Below are positions 1 through 13,742 of a stretch of DNA of 64,000 nucleotides, piece by piece. Below the pieces are notes generated by a model. It searched no databases, was not told where the DNA came from, and saw nothing but the letters and a program-made list of their open reading frames with translations. A program made the translations under genes and the position numbers. The stretch covers positions 9,580,485 through 9,644,484 of the forward strand of contig NC_134027.1 of assembly GCF_964204645.1 (NCBI RefSeq), written 5' to 3'. This DNA is from Tubulanus polymorphus. Its lineage: Eukaryota; Animalia; Nemertea. Each line of letters opens with the position of its first letter. Within the stretch, counting starts at the first letter, position 1.

Positions 1-220
1 GGAGGCCATCTGAAAGCCACTTCGCGTTGAATTGATAATAACGGTCAAATATAGGTGCAAAATAATTGCATTTCTCATGAATAAAATCATAGAATTTCAA
101 GATGACAGACTTCGCTTCATTTTGAAAACGGCCAACCAATCATGGAAGGATTACCGATTACCATTACATGTACTGTAAACTAGCATTAGTCTTGGCATTT
201 TCTTATTCGTTTAATTCAAG

Positions 221-572
221 GATAAGAACGGAATAATAGATGACGACGAGCTGCAAGGATTTTTAAAAGATCTTCTCGAGTTGGCCCAAGAGGTAAAGCA
301 CATAGCTAGTACACGCAATAGCGCATGAGAAGTTCCAAATACAAAAGCGAAAATCATTTAAAAAGGATGCCCAGAACGCCGTAATAGCTCACTACATCGA
401 TTTTCTATGAATCATATACCTATTGCAGGACTATGATGAAGACGATCTTAAGTATTTCCGCAAGGAAATACTGGAGAACTGGGACGTGAATCACGATGGA
501 AAGATCTGCAAGGAGGAACTCAAAATGGTGTTGCTCCAACAAGGGAAAATTGCCTGTGGTGAAAATGAATGA
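221..572 (+). CDS. Last two coding exons (221-292, 429-572) of a calbindin/calretinin-like multi-EF-hand calcium-binding protein; the 5' part lies outside the window
   Basis: Spliced translation DKNGIIDDDELQGFLKDLLELAQE|DYDEDDLKYFRKEILENWDVNHDGKICKEELKMVLLQQGKIACGENE* has two canonical EF-hand loops. The 'ELxGFLKDL' motif is typical of calbindin/calretinin. Intron is GT-AG. Confidence 0.8.
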
Positions 573-1487
573 TATGCATCCGTGTTGAATCATATCGTAA
601 AGAAATCTAAATTATATATTTGGATCAAGCTACGAGACCTACGAGTTAACCTATAGCCCCTCCTTTCCCCTGCTGCCCTATGCCAGGTTGATGTCAACCA
701 CGAGTAGTGGAAATGCCTACATAATGCATCATCTACATTTATTTCTATTCGTAGAAATATCTCTTCAATTAAGCCCACCAAATTACAATATCGTTTCGAA
801 GTACTTAAAAAGTTATTCCCGTCGGGATAAAGGATATCTATGGTGGATGATTCGGGTTACAAATTGATTTTTGAAAATGTTGGTTAACGAAAAGTTCCGA
901 ATACAACTTTTTCATTGAGAAAGCAATTTTAGGTCCTGAAAATCCGCCCTGAATAGTCCGAACAAAGTTGTTTTCAGCGGGTGCTGAGATCAACTTTCTT
1001 TTCTTTAATCAATTTGAAGTTCTACAGCCCGCACCAGCCACATCGCGACATTTATTAGATCTACGTTTTTTTTTCTTTTATTACATACTGTACATGCGTT
1101 CAGTGGTTCGACAGAGGGTTAGTCCTGTTAGTGAGTTAGGTCACTTTCTATTAATTGAAATCTATTGTTGTACATTAATGTAGTTCGTATTATTGGTAAC
1201 TGTTTTCAGTAACTGCTTACTGTTGAATTTACTATCGTTTCGCATGGGTTGTGGTGCGAAAAGAACTTTCTTTAGCTGCTGATTATACTTGATACATGTT
1301 ATCGGTAAAATTAACTATAAATTTGACCTTTTTGGTCATATCGTCGGCAATACCATGTTGGATTCATGCAAACAGCTAAAATAGTGTTTCACTTGTGACC
1401 GCAGATAACGTGGATGTTGACTAAAGATATTAGCCGACATTATTTCAGAAATCGTGAATCAATTTTCTTGAATATTATTAGATATTG

Positions 1488-2330
1488 CAGGGGCGGATCC
1501 AGACCGTATTAGCCGTATTGCCCAATACGGTCTAGAATTTTTAAGTGCCCTTCGAAATTTCACCGGCAATATTTTTGACGGCATTATTTCAGCAACCGCT
1601 AATTCCGTATCCGTAATCCGGGCATAATTATAAAATTAATCGGTATATACTGCTGCCGAGAAAGTGAGGAGAGATAATCATATTTGTAAGGCCTTTAATC
1701 ATGATAAATTAAAAAGGGCACTTTCCTTTTGCAAGGAGCACTCATGCTTTAGATGAGGGCACCTTGTCCTTGCCTTTTCATGGAGGGCTAAAGGGGCACT
1801 CGTACTTTAGAAGAGGGCACTATACGCGGAAAATGTTGAAGAAAAGGGCACTTTTTTGCCTAATTTATAAAATTTTAGGGGCACTTTTGGTTTGGAAGAT
1901 GGCACACAACATAAGGATAAATGTGAAGACGAGGCAATTTTTGCCGATTGTTAACAATGAAGGGGCACTTAGCCGTATTCTGTATAATTGTTAAGGGGCA
2001 CTTTTAAAGATTATAGGGGCACTAGGCGAAGTTGGCGTCAACCATTCTTTCATGGGTTCGCCAGCTTCATTTTTTATCCGCATCTGTTGAAATCTTGTCT
2101 CGAATTCGTTTATTCTGGATTGCTCTGCTAGCCTCTAGAAGCCCTCTAAAAGCCTTTAAATGGTACCATATTTTCAAAATTTTTTGGGGGTGGGCCCCCA
2201 GACCCCCCTCTAAGGACTTCGCGCCTTCGGCGCTCGCATTGACCTGGATACTGGGTGTGCCCTAAGATCAGAAAGGTGCCCTTAAATTTCCATCCAATAC
2301 TGTCTACCCATCCCCCTGGATCCGCCCCTG
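1488..2330. mobile_element. Non-autonomous hAT-like element (843 bp)
   Basis: Perfect 15-bp TIRs CAGGGGCGGATCCAG/CTGGATCCGCCCCTG, 5-bp direct repeat TATTG on both flanks, about ten internal AGGG(G)CAC repeats, no transposase ORF. Confidence 0.8.
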
Positions 2331-2427
2331 TATTGTTGAAATCAGTCTAGCATCGATAGCCCATTTAGTTCGATAAATTTATAATTGGAGAAATACATAT
2401 GATATACGTAAAATTTCAGTATTTCTT

Positions 2428-2818
2428 TACGGAAGCGATAAGGGGCCTCGAGATGTCGCGTTCCAACTCGACGAGTCGCCATGTTTATGTCGACATACCG
2501 CGATATATCGCGTCAAGTCGACATGAATATGTCGATATATCGTGACGTTTTGACGACATATTTCGTTTTCACGACCACTTTCCTCGCGACAAGTCGACAT
2601 ATTCATGACGACTTACAACTCAGTCGTCATATCACTGGTGTCCTCATCGTACATTTAGACATGTCTTCAAATGACGGCTTGTCCCGTGGAAAATGGGCAA
2701 AAAAGCGAAATTTCGACATGACGACATATTCATGTCGACTTGACGCGATATATCGACATAAATATGGCGACTTGTCGAGTTGGAACGCGACATCTCGAGG
2801 CCCCTTATCGCTTCCGTA
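2428..2818. mobile_element. Foldback-type MITE, copy 1 (391 bp)
   Basis: Long TIRs starting TACGGAAGCGATAAGGGGCCTCGAG and ending CTCGAGGCCCCTTATCGCTTCCGTA; 7-bp TSD ATTTCTT; rich in GTCGAC/CGAC repeats. Confidence 0.85.
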
Positions 2819-3651
2819 ATTTCTTAGCTATCGATCGAATAAATACGCGTGACCAATAGAAATGGAAGAAGCGCTGCGCTGGTAGCTTATTCCAGTATTG
2901 AAATTTCCGAAATTACCTTGAGCTGCTTTATTCAACAAAGAATATCGTGTTTACAGAACAACAGTAAATTGTCTACGTGTATATAGTAGCTATTTATATT
3001 TCAAATTCTAGTTAAGTAAGTTTGAGGGTAAAGCTGAAAGCACTGCTTTGAAAACGCGGCCCAGAGATTAAGATACGCTTGTACTTTGTTCAGTATGGTT
3101 TTTTTCAAATCAATTATTCTGTTGTGTTTGTGTAGACTATTTTAATGCCAGTGGAATAAGGAAATAATGTCGTTGTATTTTTGCTATTCCCTGCGCGGTC
3201 AGTTTGGATCTTGGATGTTGGGCATCTAAATGTTTTTCCTGATATTTTGTTAATAAAATGATATTCAAATACATTCTGAAGCCGTCGTTGTCGCTCTCGT
3301 TCTGTTCACGACGCCCGTCTGTGGATCTGGATTAGTGCAGTCGAACAAGATACTTCAAGGATGGCGAATCTTCGTCGGGGCAGTAAACGAAATAAGTTCA
3401 CCGAATGGTACTAAATTGAAGAGTTTTGAATGCATCCGTATGTAATTTTTATTATAACAATTTTACCGTAAATCGGGCGCTGTATAATCTTTTCTGAGTT
3501 TTATAGATAACCTCCTTTTAGTATAATTTTTTCAACAATTATGAAGAAACCGAACGATCCGCTGACTTCCTGAAAGTTGTCAATGGTACATCATCATAGT
3601 TAGTTCTCGAATATAGACACATTTTGAGAAACCACGAGTCCGGGACGTATG

Positions 3652-4067
3652 TACGGAAGCGATAAAGGGCCTCGAGTGGTCGCGTTCAAACTCAACAAGT
3701 CGCCATATTTATGTCGACATATCGCGATATATCGCGTCAAGTCGACATGAATATGTCGACATATCGTGACGTTTTCACGACAAATTTCGCTTTTTTGTCC
3801 ATTTTCCACGGCACAAGCCGTCATTTGATGACACGTCTAAATGTAAGATGAGGACGCCAGTGATATGACGACTGAGTTTCAAGTCGTCATGAATATGTCG
3901 ACTTGTCGCGAGGAAAATTGTCGTGAAAACGAAATATGTCGTCAAAACGTCACGATATGTCGACATATTCATGTCGACTTGACGCGATATATCGCGATAT
4001 GTCGACATAAATATGACGACTTGTCGAGTTGGAACGCGACATCTCGAGGCCCCTTATCGCTTCCGTA
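3652..4067. mobile_element. Same MITE family, copy 2 (416 bp), inverted relative to copy 1
   Basis: Same TIRs; TSD CGTATG (6 bp, or 7 counting a shared A); the core is the reverse complement of copy 1. Confidence 0.85.
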
Positions 4068-4633
4068 CGTATGCCTACCTGGTGAAATGCTTTACAATCA
4101 GTCAAACATTAGGATGATCGATAAAAGCGTATTCAAAATGTGATTGATTCTGTTCGGGTCGATTCATTGGGTTGCAAATAAGCCTACGTACAAAGCAAAC
4201 ATCTACATCAAAGCGTTTTTTAAATCTTCCCAAGTACGTTCCGTTTTACGAACGGGCGAATGACGGACGAGAAAGTGAACGTAAAAGCCCTTTTAGGCAT
4301 CGCCCTAAGCTGGCTAAAATATTTTTCAGATTGTCGCACAAAAATGCCATTGATATATTCGATCAGACCTGGAATATTTTCCATTCACGTATTCTTGCAT
4401 GTATATTTTGATCTTTGGGCCTAACCTCAATTTCTAAGACAAATTTATAAGCCACCAGTTAGACCGATTGCAAAAAGCACTAAAGGTAAGGGACAGACAG
4501 ACAAACAAAGATGTAGATAATCCATTCAATTCTTCCGATACAACACCATTCATTAGTTTAACTAACGCTTGGTTAGACACTTGTTTTTGATTTGATTTGC
4601 CTCGATTGCATTTACAACACGAAGACGACGAAA

Positions 4634-7393
4634 TCATCGACAACAATTCGATTTCGCTTTCCTATGAATATGGGATGGATAGCGCGTACGGCATTTGCAA
4701 CATTTTGTAGTCTTCGATGACGTTGAAATATCCGGTGGTTTCGACGCTTTATCAACCGTTTGATCGTCTGCTAAACTATCGCTATTGATGGGCTGACTAT
4801 GGTCCATGTCGATGGCGGCGAGATTGTGCAGTTCGCATTCGCCGGTAAATTGATATGGAATGATCGTTAATGCAATATGATTGAACTCGGCCGTCGTCAC
4901 CGTTTCGTGTAACTTGATTCGATCCAACGTCAACGATGGTCGCGTATCATTAAGTTTTTTGGCTATTGATTCGAACATTTCGTCGACGCCTAAATTACTT
5001 TTACTCGACGTTTTAAACGAACCGGCCAGCATGTCGGAGCACTCCATTTCGAAGTCCGTGATTTCGTCGCTGGACACGCACTGTTTACGTCTGCTGCTGT
5101 CGTTCGAGGCGTCGTCGTCGTAAAGGTCCCATTTTGTGGCGCAGATGAACATGCGACAGTTCGGATTGGAGAGCTGTTCGACCTGGATGATGTAATCCGA
5201 GATTAAGTCAAACGATACTCGCTGCATCGGCGAGTAACATATGACGGCCGCGTTAGCCCCTCGAAAGTAACTCAAGTTCATACTAGAAACACGCTCCATT
5301 CCACCCGTGTCCCATAACTCCAACTGAAATGAAGAATTTAAATGCACAAATTAAATTAGTCAAACCCATAAACAATATTATGGAATCTTCGTTGGAATAT
5401 AGTAATTTCTCTTTTATTTTTTGCTAATTGAAAAATCATAAAATGAAGTAGGAACTTGATTTTCCATGTGATTCAATGATTTTTCAAAGGGCGGCTTTTT
5501 CGACTTCATTTTCGGAATTACAGTTCGATCCCGTTTTTATTCAATTATTCAATTTCATGTTTTTCACCTCGGGAATTCAACCGCTCGGGTTTGCGGTAAT
5601 AACAGAGAAAATGGCTTCGATTGAAATCACGTATATGAATACGTTTAGGGCACACGACGTTTTGCGCGATGCATGAAGTTTAATACCTGCCTTTAAGGCT
5701 TGTGTGCGGGCTCTCGGAAGGAAAGCACGGTTCGGGCATACGCACTCGTCTATGTGGCTGTAAACAACGTGAACACGGGTGTATAATTCCTAGTTTTGAT
5801 ATTTCGAAAGGAAAATAATCTATTTTACAGGGGGTCTTAGGCGTAATTAGGCGAAAGATATTTAGTTTGTCTATATAACGGCATCCCTTTAGATTTTTAG
5901 GTTTCCGGCAGGCAATGAGTACTGAAAAAAACTGTTGCCAAAGCCGAGCCGAGCGTTGTTACAGTACAAATTCTCTTCATTAACGAAAATGGTGTAAAAC
6001 GTGTGATTTTTACAGGGACATGCAGCGCGGCTTTCCGTTTAAACATCGTTACGTGCCTGCAAGTACGCCACACAGAATGAAACGACGTAGAATGGATTTA
6101 AAATGTCACGCGTCACAGGAAAACGTGTAGCCTACCCGAAATTCGAAACCCGAAGTACATAATCGAAGTCAACTCTGTTATTATCACTAACGATTTAATT
6201 CCGAGAAATCGGAATTGCCGCCGGTGAAGAAAGTTACAACAGATAAAACGTTATCTACGTTAAAAAGTCGGAATTATTATTATTAATTAACTGAAAAATC
6301 TTAATATAAAATCAATTTTCATCTATTTTCATGATATTTCAATAAGCAAAGAAAGTAATGAGATATTCATCACGTTCCCCAGGACGTATCCGTACAATAT
6401 GGCTACAAGAATGAAATGCATTTACAACAATTGCAAACGATGAAATGTCGAAATACAGCAAAATGGTCAAAATTCATAGTTATCCTGTGTTTACTTAATA
6501 ATGCGGGTACACATCTTTCCGACCTGGGATCAATACGAATTATCTATGTTTACCAATATGAATTATCTATGTTGTCAAAATACGTATCAGTTCTGATGTC
6601 GTCAATGAACGTTTCGTTGCAGACAAGCAACAGGATATATTTCACCCAATTTGCTATTTTCACTATTGGCCATCCGCACCTGTTAAAATTCCTTCGATTA
6701 TGCAATTAACATACATGTATTTATCCTTTTACATGTAGTTGTAATATATATTTAGCCTAGTTGTTTGTGAAGGAAATTGTTAAATTGTTTCATGTGGACT
6801 CGTACACGGGGTTATTAGTCCCCAGTTAAATATGCCTTACGCTTATGTAACGTGAAAGTAGGTACGAATTGTAGCCAAGATAAAAGAAAACATATATTTT
6901 AAAAATCAGCGGCTCGTTCCCTTCGCATGTTTCGGAATGTCACATTGCCCGTTAGATATTTGCATTAGGTATTGGCCCTAACATCACCAAACTACAAATA
7001 TCTTATGGAGTAGGCGGATGATGATGATGACGATATAGAGAATCAGTTTGTTGAAAATTATTTGTGAAGCTATTTATGAAATACATGAAATCCAACTCGG
7101 ATATCACTCAAGTCGGACACATCTTTACGATCCCGACTTGAGCGGCGTCTAATGAATGTACAAAGATCGGTAACTGGCAACGTGCATATCATCAATTATG
7201 AGAACATACTTGAATCGTACGGTACCTGTATTTTCCTATTTCCTATCAAGAACGATTTAGTCGTTGTGTCGCATCCGATAGTTGACAACGGCGAGCCTTC
7301 GTCGTCGAACAAGCCATCTCTAAAACGGCGAAACAAACTTGTCTTTCCCACTCCATACTCACCCACCAGTATCACTCTGGAACTTTGCGCCAT
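4634..7393 (-). CDS. Rab-family small GTPase, RabX6-like; 2 exons (7393-7226, 5323-4634)
   Basis: G1 GEYGVGKT, G3 WDTGGMERV (a signature I recall from Drosophila RabX6), G4 TKWD, G5 TSSK. Phase-0 GT-AG intron joins KIQ|LELWDT. C-terminus ends CCR*. Confidence 0.8.
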
Positions 7394-9116
7394 TACGCAA
7401 CTTAGACGGAGCTCGTACGCACGATTACGGCCCTTATTTCCTATTTGCGAGATAATTTAAAAAAAGAATTGATATGCATTATATGGCTAGCTTATCCAAT
7501 ATGTATAAAGCGTACAGTACATAGTAATAAAGTACCTAGACAACGAGGAATGTTTCAAGTGGAGACAGATAACTGTTAAAACCATCGAAATTACGAAATT
7601 CAAGCTTAAAACCTGTTCGTCTATAACGAAAATGTCGTTAGATATTATATCCAGTAATATCCAAGGTTAAGATTATAGTGTAATTTATAGACATGTCTAC
7701 ATATATTTCTGCAATTGATATTACTGTCCAACCTATATAGTGTATTATCCTACATAGTGTATGTATTTACATTCGTAAATTATTTTCTTTGTGCTAAGCA
7801 GTCTTTTTGCTGAGCAAAATTAACTAAACTTGACTTAACTAAACTATGTGCGGATATAATCATATTTTCTCATTTGCATTTTCATCCGAGCAATAATCAT
7901 ATTCCACTCTAACAAATTTCGTTAATTAATACATGTTTTGGGGGCAGATAAACTGTTTTTTATCTCATATCATAAAGTTTATACATTCAATAAAGGTTAG
8001 TATCATATATAATGCATACTTACGAATAGCTTTTTTTAATCACACTTTGTGCGGGTCATCCGTTACCCCGTTGCGCTCATGCCAATTATAGGCCTATCCT
8101 TCCTCGATAATGAAAAACGACGTTGGTCACTTTAATTAATCCTATTCGCGAGTCGGCTTAGCGAGTGTATGTCTACGTACTAATTCGGTGTCTTTCGGTA
8201 CAATTTTTGTTAACGAAAAACCTCTTCGGTCGTTTTGTCTAACAGCAGTTCCTGGTTCGACGAGTTATAATTACATGAATTAATCAGGTCGCGCGCATAC
8301 ACTCCGATAAACTGAAAATACAGTCGAATCGTATAGAGCGTATATTATATTCAACGCGCGAGCAGGGTCATTTGGCTTAATAGTTTACTAAGTCCCCGGA
8401 GTTCGTTTGTTTAAACTTGATTGAAACGCTTTGTTGAATTGCTCTCGTAAACACTACACGACCACCTTACACTTGCGTGATCTATCCTAATTAGTGCCTT
8501 TTCCGTGGACTTAAAAAACGAATTAGAATCCATAGTTCCATCGTGTTTTCGGGAATAATGTTCCCACGTTTTGCGAAAGATATTCTTCGATGGATTCATG
8601 AACAAAGTTAAATGAATATAACAACATTGCTTTGTTTTTTTACTTCTTGGAAACCTCTTGGAAGTAAGATATACATATCTCAAAAAATGATTATTTCAAG
8701 ACGGCTATCATGTCATTCTGGCGACCACCGTTGAATTTGGGACAAACAAAACGTGGGGTAGTTAATGCAGGCACCTTAAATCTCATATTGCATTTATTTT
8801 TGAAAAAAATCCCAGACAATCCAATCGATAAGTTGTTTATTAAGTCAAGTTTGCATAATAACTCATGATGAGCTTTTGAAGCGATAAGGGAGTAATAATA
8901 CCCTTTTGCCAAGTAGATTACCAGTCCCGTACAAGTCATGTCTATCATTTGTAAGATATTAGCTGAATGAAATTGAATTGAATTTCGTCCAAAGTTGGTG
9001 CTCCAAATGCATGGCACAAGAACCACGAAAAGTAAATATTTCTATGCAATTAACAGAATTGTAATAATTCTCCCGTTTGTACATGTTCTGTACACAAAGG
9101 AGATAACGTCGCAAAA

Positions 9117-9205
9117 TCTCGGGACTCGAACCAGCTTCGTCAGTCAACATGAATCGACATCAGAACACTTCTAGACCGGTTCCGCAGCGCACTGTGCGCC
9201 ATTCT
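9117..9205 (-). mobile_element. Degenerate tRNA-derived SINE head (Pol III A/B boxes)
   Basis: Minus strand reads TGGCGCACAGTG (A-box-like) and GGTTCGAGTCCC (B-box). No convincing cloverleaf. Confidence 0.3.
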
Positions 9206-11251
9206 AACTTACGAGGTGCATTTCAAACAATTTTCAATCATTTCTAGAAATGATTAAACATTCATTTTTGTATTGAAAAGTATATCTTGACTTTTCGAAA
9301 GATATTTTCATAAAAAAGCACTACAATATGAGATTACAGGTACCCTTATAGGACACCCAATCAACTACCCCAGCTTTTGTCCTGGGCCCCTTTGATGAAA
9401 TTCCAACACGTAAATAATTTCGACCCTTTCTTTTCTTCAGGGGAGTGATGGGCTCGATCATTGAAGATACAACGACATTAGATATATAGAAAAAAAATCT
9501 GCCTAAAATTATGTATCGAAGGATATTGTAATGATATGCTAGATTTTTTCAAATAATCATAAATCCACAACAACGAAATAAACATTTTCAATAAAAATCG
9601 CAATAATCTCGATATAACTTCCTATTAATGTTTGGCTGGTCCACAGAACACAACAACTGCATTCACTGCCATTTCCGTTTCAGCCGGATGTGGGTTGACA
9701 TCGCTCTTTATTTTGTCGTGGATGTCATGAATCACTATCGCGACCCAGATAGCCCGCATATACCCTTGTCTACGCAAAGCACATTCAACTGAACACTTAC
9801 AGCTCGATTGAAGCTTTTTGGAACAAGTATTCTACATCATTTGTATGGGGGTAAATGGGCTGTGAAAGAGCACCAATCTAATGAAAAAAGGTTTCTAAAC
9901 TATTTTGGAGAAGTTATCCGATAACTACTGTTTCGAGCTAAGGCTAAAAAAGTTGATACCATGTTTCTCCATCCTGACCCGGCTGGCCGCCTATCTACCA
10001 TGTACATAACTTCTATAAAATCACGATCAACTTTTAACCGACAGCTATAGAAATGAACTGATCACAAATTTTTACAGCATTTTATAAACTGACTCGGCAG
10101 GGAGAAACAATATATCATTTCTGTTTAGCCTAAAGACTTAATCGGACGGTGGTAAATTTGGTTTCTATACCCTATAAATCATTAGGTATAGTTACTATAT
10201 ATGATTATTTATTGGCCAATCCTTTATTCCACTAGAACAAGTAGCAAGTAATTACCTCGTATCAGTCAGTGGTCCGAATCGGTCCTCAAAAGCTCCGTGA
10301 CGGTATAATCTGCTGGGCACTCCAGTCGGTGGTTTAAACCTGTATTACATGCAACACCGATCCTGTATCTACAGCAGGATAACATAGAGTTGAAGCAGTT
10401 GTTGCGGAAATGAGAACAACCTGCTTCGAATGCTAGCTAACCTATAAGCGAGCATTGAATAACACCACGCTCTAGACAAAAATAGACTGCTGCATCACTC
10501 ATTGCTTGTCAAACTTTTTTTAACCAAGGGCGTGATCCAGGATTTTCTAAAGGCGGGGTTCAGGTGAAGAAAAGTGAATTTTCAAAAGCGGGGTTCATCG
10601 GATTTGCGATTAAATGTCAAATAGATATATTATTAAGAAATATAAATAGATTCTCTTTTTTTTCTTAACGTTTTCTATCATTCGGTGCTCAGTGATGAGC
10701 TGGGCCAATGACAACTATACTTCCGACCGTCCATGTCAGGTGAAGAAAAGGGACAAATTGAAAAGGGGGTCAGCACGCATGTAATATACTCATAATTTCT
10801 AAATTCATAATCATAATTTACAGGATGAAAGTCGACACACAGAAGCCCTGGGAGTGTTATGTCTATTCCCCGGAAATATCATACAAGGGACATTAGAGTT
10901 TTCTCCATAGTTTTTAGAAGTAAAAAACTTGGTAAAGGGGCATAATCATGGACAGATTTTTCCGTTAGATTTCGAGAGATCAAATTGTTGTTGGTAAATG
11001 TGATAAAGTACATTACGATACATGATACTACTGAAGGTGACCCAGAACATTCAAAAATAGAATCTGTCAAGTGACCACTGGCACCATTTTCCCGCACGCT
11101 TTGATTATCTAATGTATGTAATTGAATTATAAAATTCACTAATTTGAGGCTAGCACGTGCTTATCAAAAATAAAATCACATAGTAATCTAATCTTGATCA
11201 AACTCTTAAACATAAATGTCCAGCAAGCTTTGCGCCAACTGGCAATCGAAA

Positions 11252-13742
11252 ATGCGGATGCACATTTCTTTCGCAGGTTTGCTGCTTGGCTTAGTCTGCG
11301 TTTCTGCTGAAAAACGTTACGATGGGTACAGTATAATGCTAAATCGAAAGCATTCCGAGAAAATGACAATGGATTTTAATGCGCCCGACTCGACTTCATG
11401 AATTTATTTTCAGCTACCAAGTCATCAGCGTTCAAGCCACCACAGAAGAGCAAGTGAAAGGCCTTCGAGCTTTAGGGGAACTACCAGAAGTGAGTGAAAC
11501 CGGACACACGTTTTAAGTTAAAAGAAAACTCAGATAAGACAAAAACATGGGCTCTATTTGGTTATTCGTAAAGGCTTAAAAGATTTCAATTAGTATTCAG
11601 TTAAATGCCACATCTAACATGCATGTTTAAAAGTGTTAATGAAGATGAAAATAGTTAGTTACTTACAGGTGTATGATAATAAAAGATTTCACATTTTCAG
11701 GTCAGTTTCTGGAAGGAGCCAAATACCAAAATACCCACCGATATATCGGTGTCCCCTGCACAATTGAATGATGTCTTAAGTTCGGTTAAAGCCCTTGGTT
11801 TAAAGCCGAAAGTCAACATAGAGGATATGCAAAAGTATATATGTTTAATTTTTAGTGATGAATATTGTGCAATCTGTTTCTCAATGGTCGATTATGTATC
11901 ATGTTCCAGCACTAACACAGGGGATTAAATGAATTAAAGATATGTAGTAAAATGAAAGAAAATAGTTGATTGTCCAATACGTCGTGTATTTTTCAAGACT
12001 GATCGATGAAGAAAAGAAGATGAATTCGTACGCCAAACTACGAAGCACATTTGGCTTCCGCAGTGGAATGAACGGACTGTCCAGAGTAAAGAACTATTTT
12101 CTGCGTTTAGATGAGGTGAGTGGTGCCAGTGGACACATCTAAGTATAGATGAAAGGGTTGAAAAAAATCAGGCTAAGGATCTCGATCAAGAGGTTGAATC
12201 GTATTGCCATGTTGAAAGACAATATATTTGTTATTTGTATAGATGAAATCGTTTAATTGATCTAGATTTTCTAAATCGTCATTCAGTTATCATTTACAGA
12301 TTAATGAATGGTTGGATGAAATGGCCGCTCACTTCTCTTTCGCCAGAGTAGTAAGCATCGGGCGAACATACGAAGGACGGGACACGAAAGCCCTCATAGT
12401 AAGCTATCCCTATCATAGTCATCTAGTAGACGATTTTCATCTATTGAAATGAGACCATTTTAATATATTTCTCTTGAACAGAAGAAAGATCACTAAGTTG
12501 ATTAGCGTCGATTTTATTTCGTCAATTTTAGATTGGATCGGGCAAAAAACCGGCTATATTCATCGACTCGGGTATTCACGCCAGGGAGTGGGTATCGGTA
12601 TCAACCAATCTCTACCTCATATACCAGGTAAACATCGTCCTTGTATTATCACTGCTGTAACCTTTTGGGCTCGGTACGTTTTTCAAAAATGGTACTATAT
12701 TGTTTATTTCAGTTGTTAGCGGGATACGAATCTATGGAGACACGAGCGTTGATCGATCAGTATGATTGGTATTTCGTACCGGTGGCCAACCCGGATGGAT
12801 ACGAATACACTCACACGCATGTACGCGACATTTTAGTAAAAGCCGCGCACAAAATTGAATTGTGTACGCCATGCGCGATAGAGCAAAAACTGTTCGAATA
12901 GGTTCAGGACATTAAAATTTCACGCATTCATTTTCAGAAGCGAATGTGGAGGAAAAACCGCCGGCCCATGAGACATTGCGTTGGCGCTGACCCTAACAGA
13001 AATTTTGATATCAACTTTGGAGGCAAGTACAACGCATTATGATTTACATTAGCGATCGAGACATATTCCGCATACAGAAGTTTCACTATTTTTCCATTCC
13101 TCTTGATCTTCTGGATTGTAAGCTCTTTCTTGTTCCAGGAACTGGGACAAGTGGCGATCCATGCTCGGACATTTATCGCGGGCCTCACGCGTTCTCCGAA
13201 CCATGTGCGCTGAACCTTGCTAGATTCCTTTTACAACTCAAGAACAATAACAGTAAGATCAAGGCGTACATGAGCTTGCACGCTTATTCGCAAATGTGGT
13301 TCACGCCGTACGCATACGATCGATGGCTACAGCCGGACGACATTGCCGAGTTAAAAAGAGTGGCAAACATCGGAGCCAGTGCCATCTACTACACCCATGG
13401 ACGGCGGTATACAGTTGGAAGCCCCGGAGAAATCTTATGTAAGTTCACCTGGTTCCTATGATCGATGCCCGAGCTCTCCTCGGGTTGGCACGACGAAAGT
13501 AGACACATTTGGTAATTTCGTAAGTTTCTGATATTGCGTACTTCATTTTGTCTTTAGATGAAGCTGCTGGAAGTTCGATGGACTGGGTGAAAGCGAAAGC
13601 CCACATTAAATACTCATTCGCAATGGAAATGAGGCCTGATCGGTACAGTTATAACGGATTTATCGTGCCTCCATCTGAAATCGTGCCGGCCGGTGAAGAA
13701 ATGTTTGCTGGTATCAAGGCTATGGCTAGAGAGATGCGATGA
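11252..13742 (+). CDS. Secreted zinc carboxypeptidase, M14A family (CPA-like), about 10 exons
   Basis: Signal peptide MRMHISFAGLLLGLVCVSA and a pro-domain. Motifs DSGIHAREW, VANPDGYEY, MWRKNR, DPNRNF, SLHAYSQ, GSSMDW and FAMEMRP (catalytic Glu). Met at the S1' specificity position suggests CPA-type rather than CPB. Exons approx. 11252-11325, 11414-11489, 11701-11814, 11998-12115, 12300-12397, 12532-12627, 12713-12820, 12937-13022, 13139-13438, 13558-13742. Confidence 0.92.

Noticed and set aside
2481-4143. ORFs of 74-112 aa with repeated 'MSTYRDISRQVDMNMS' peptides
   Set aside because: They are translations of the palindromic MITE copies, with no transposase or other domain.
9117-9205. Functional tRNA gene
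   Set aside because: A/B-box-like motifs are present but there are no acceptor or anticodon stems. Treated as a possible SINE remnant.
7460-11200. Short ORFs (60-111 aa) in this and other intergenic stretches
   Set aside because: Non-ATG starts or low-complexity AT-rich translations, with no domain motifs or splice-consistent partners.
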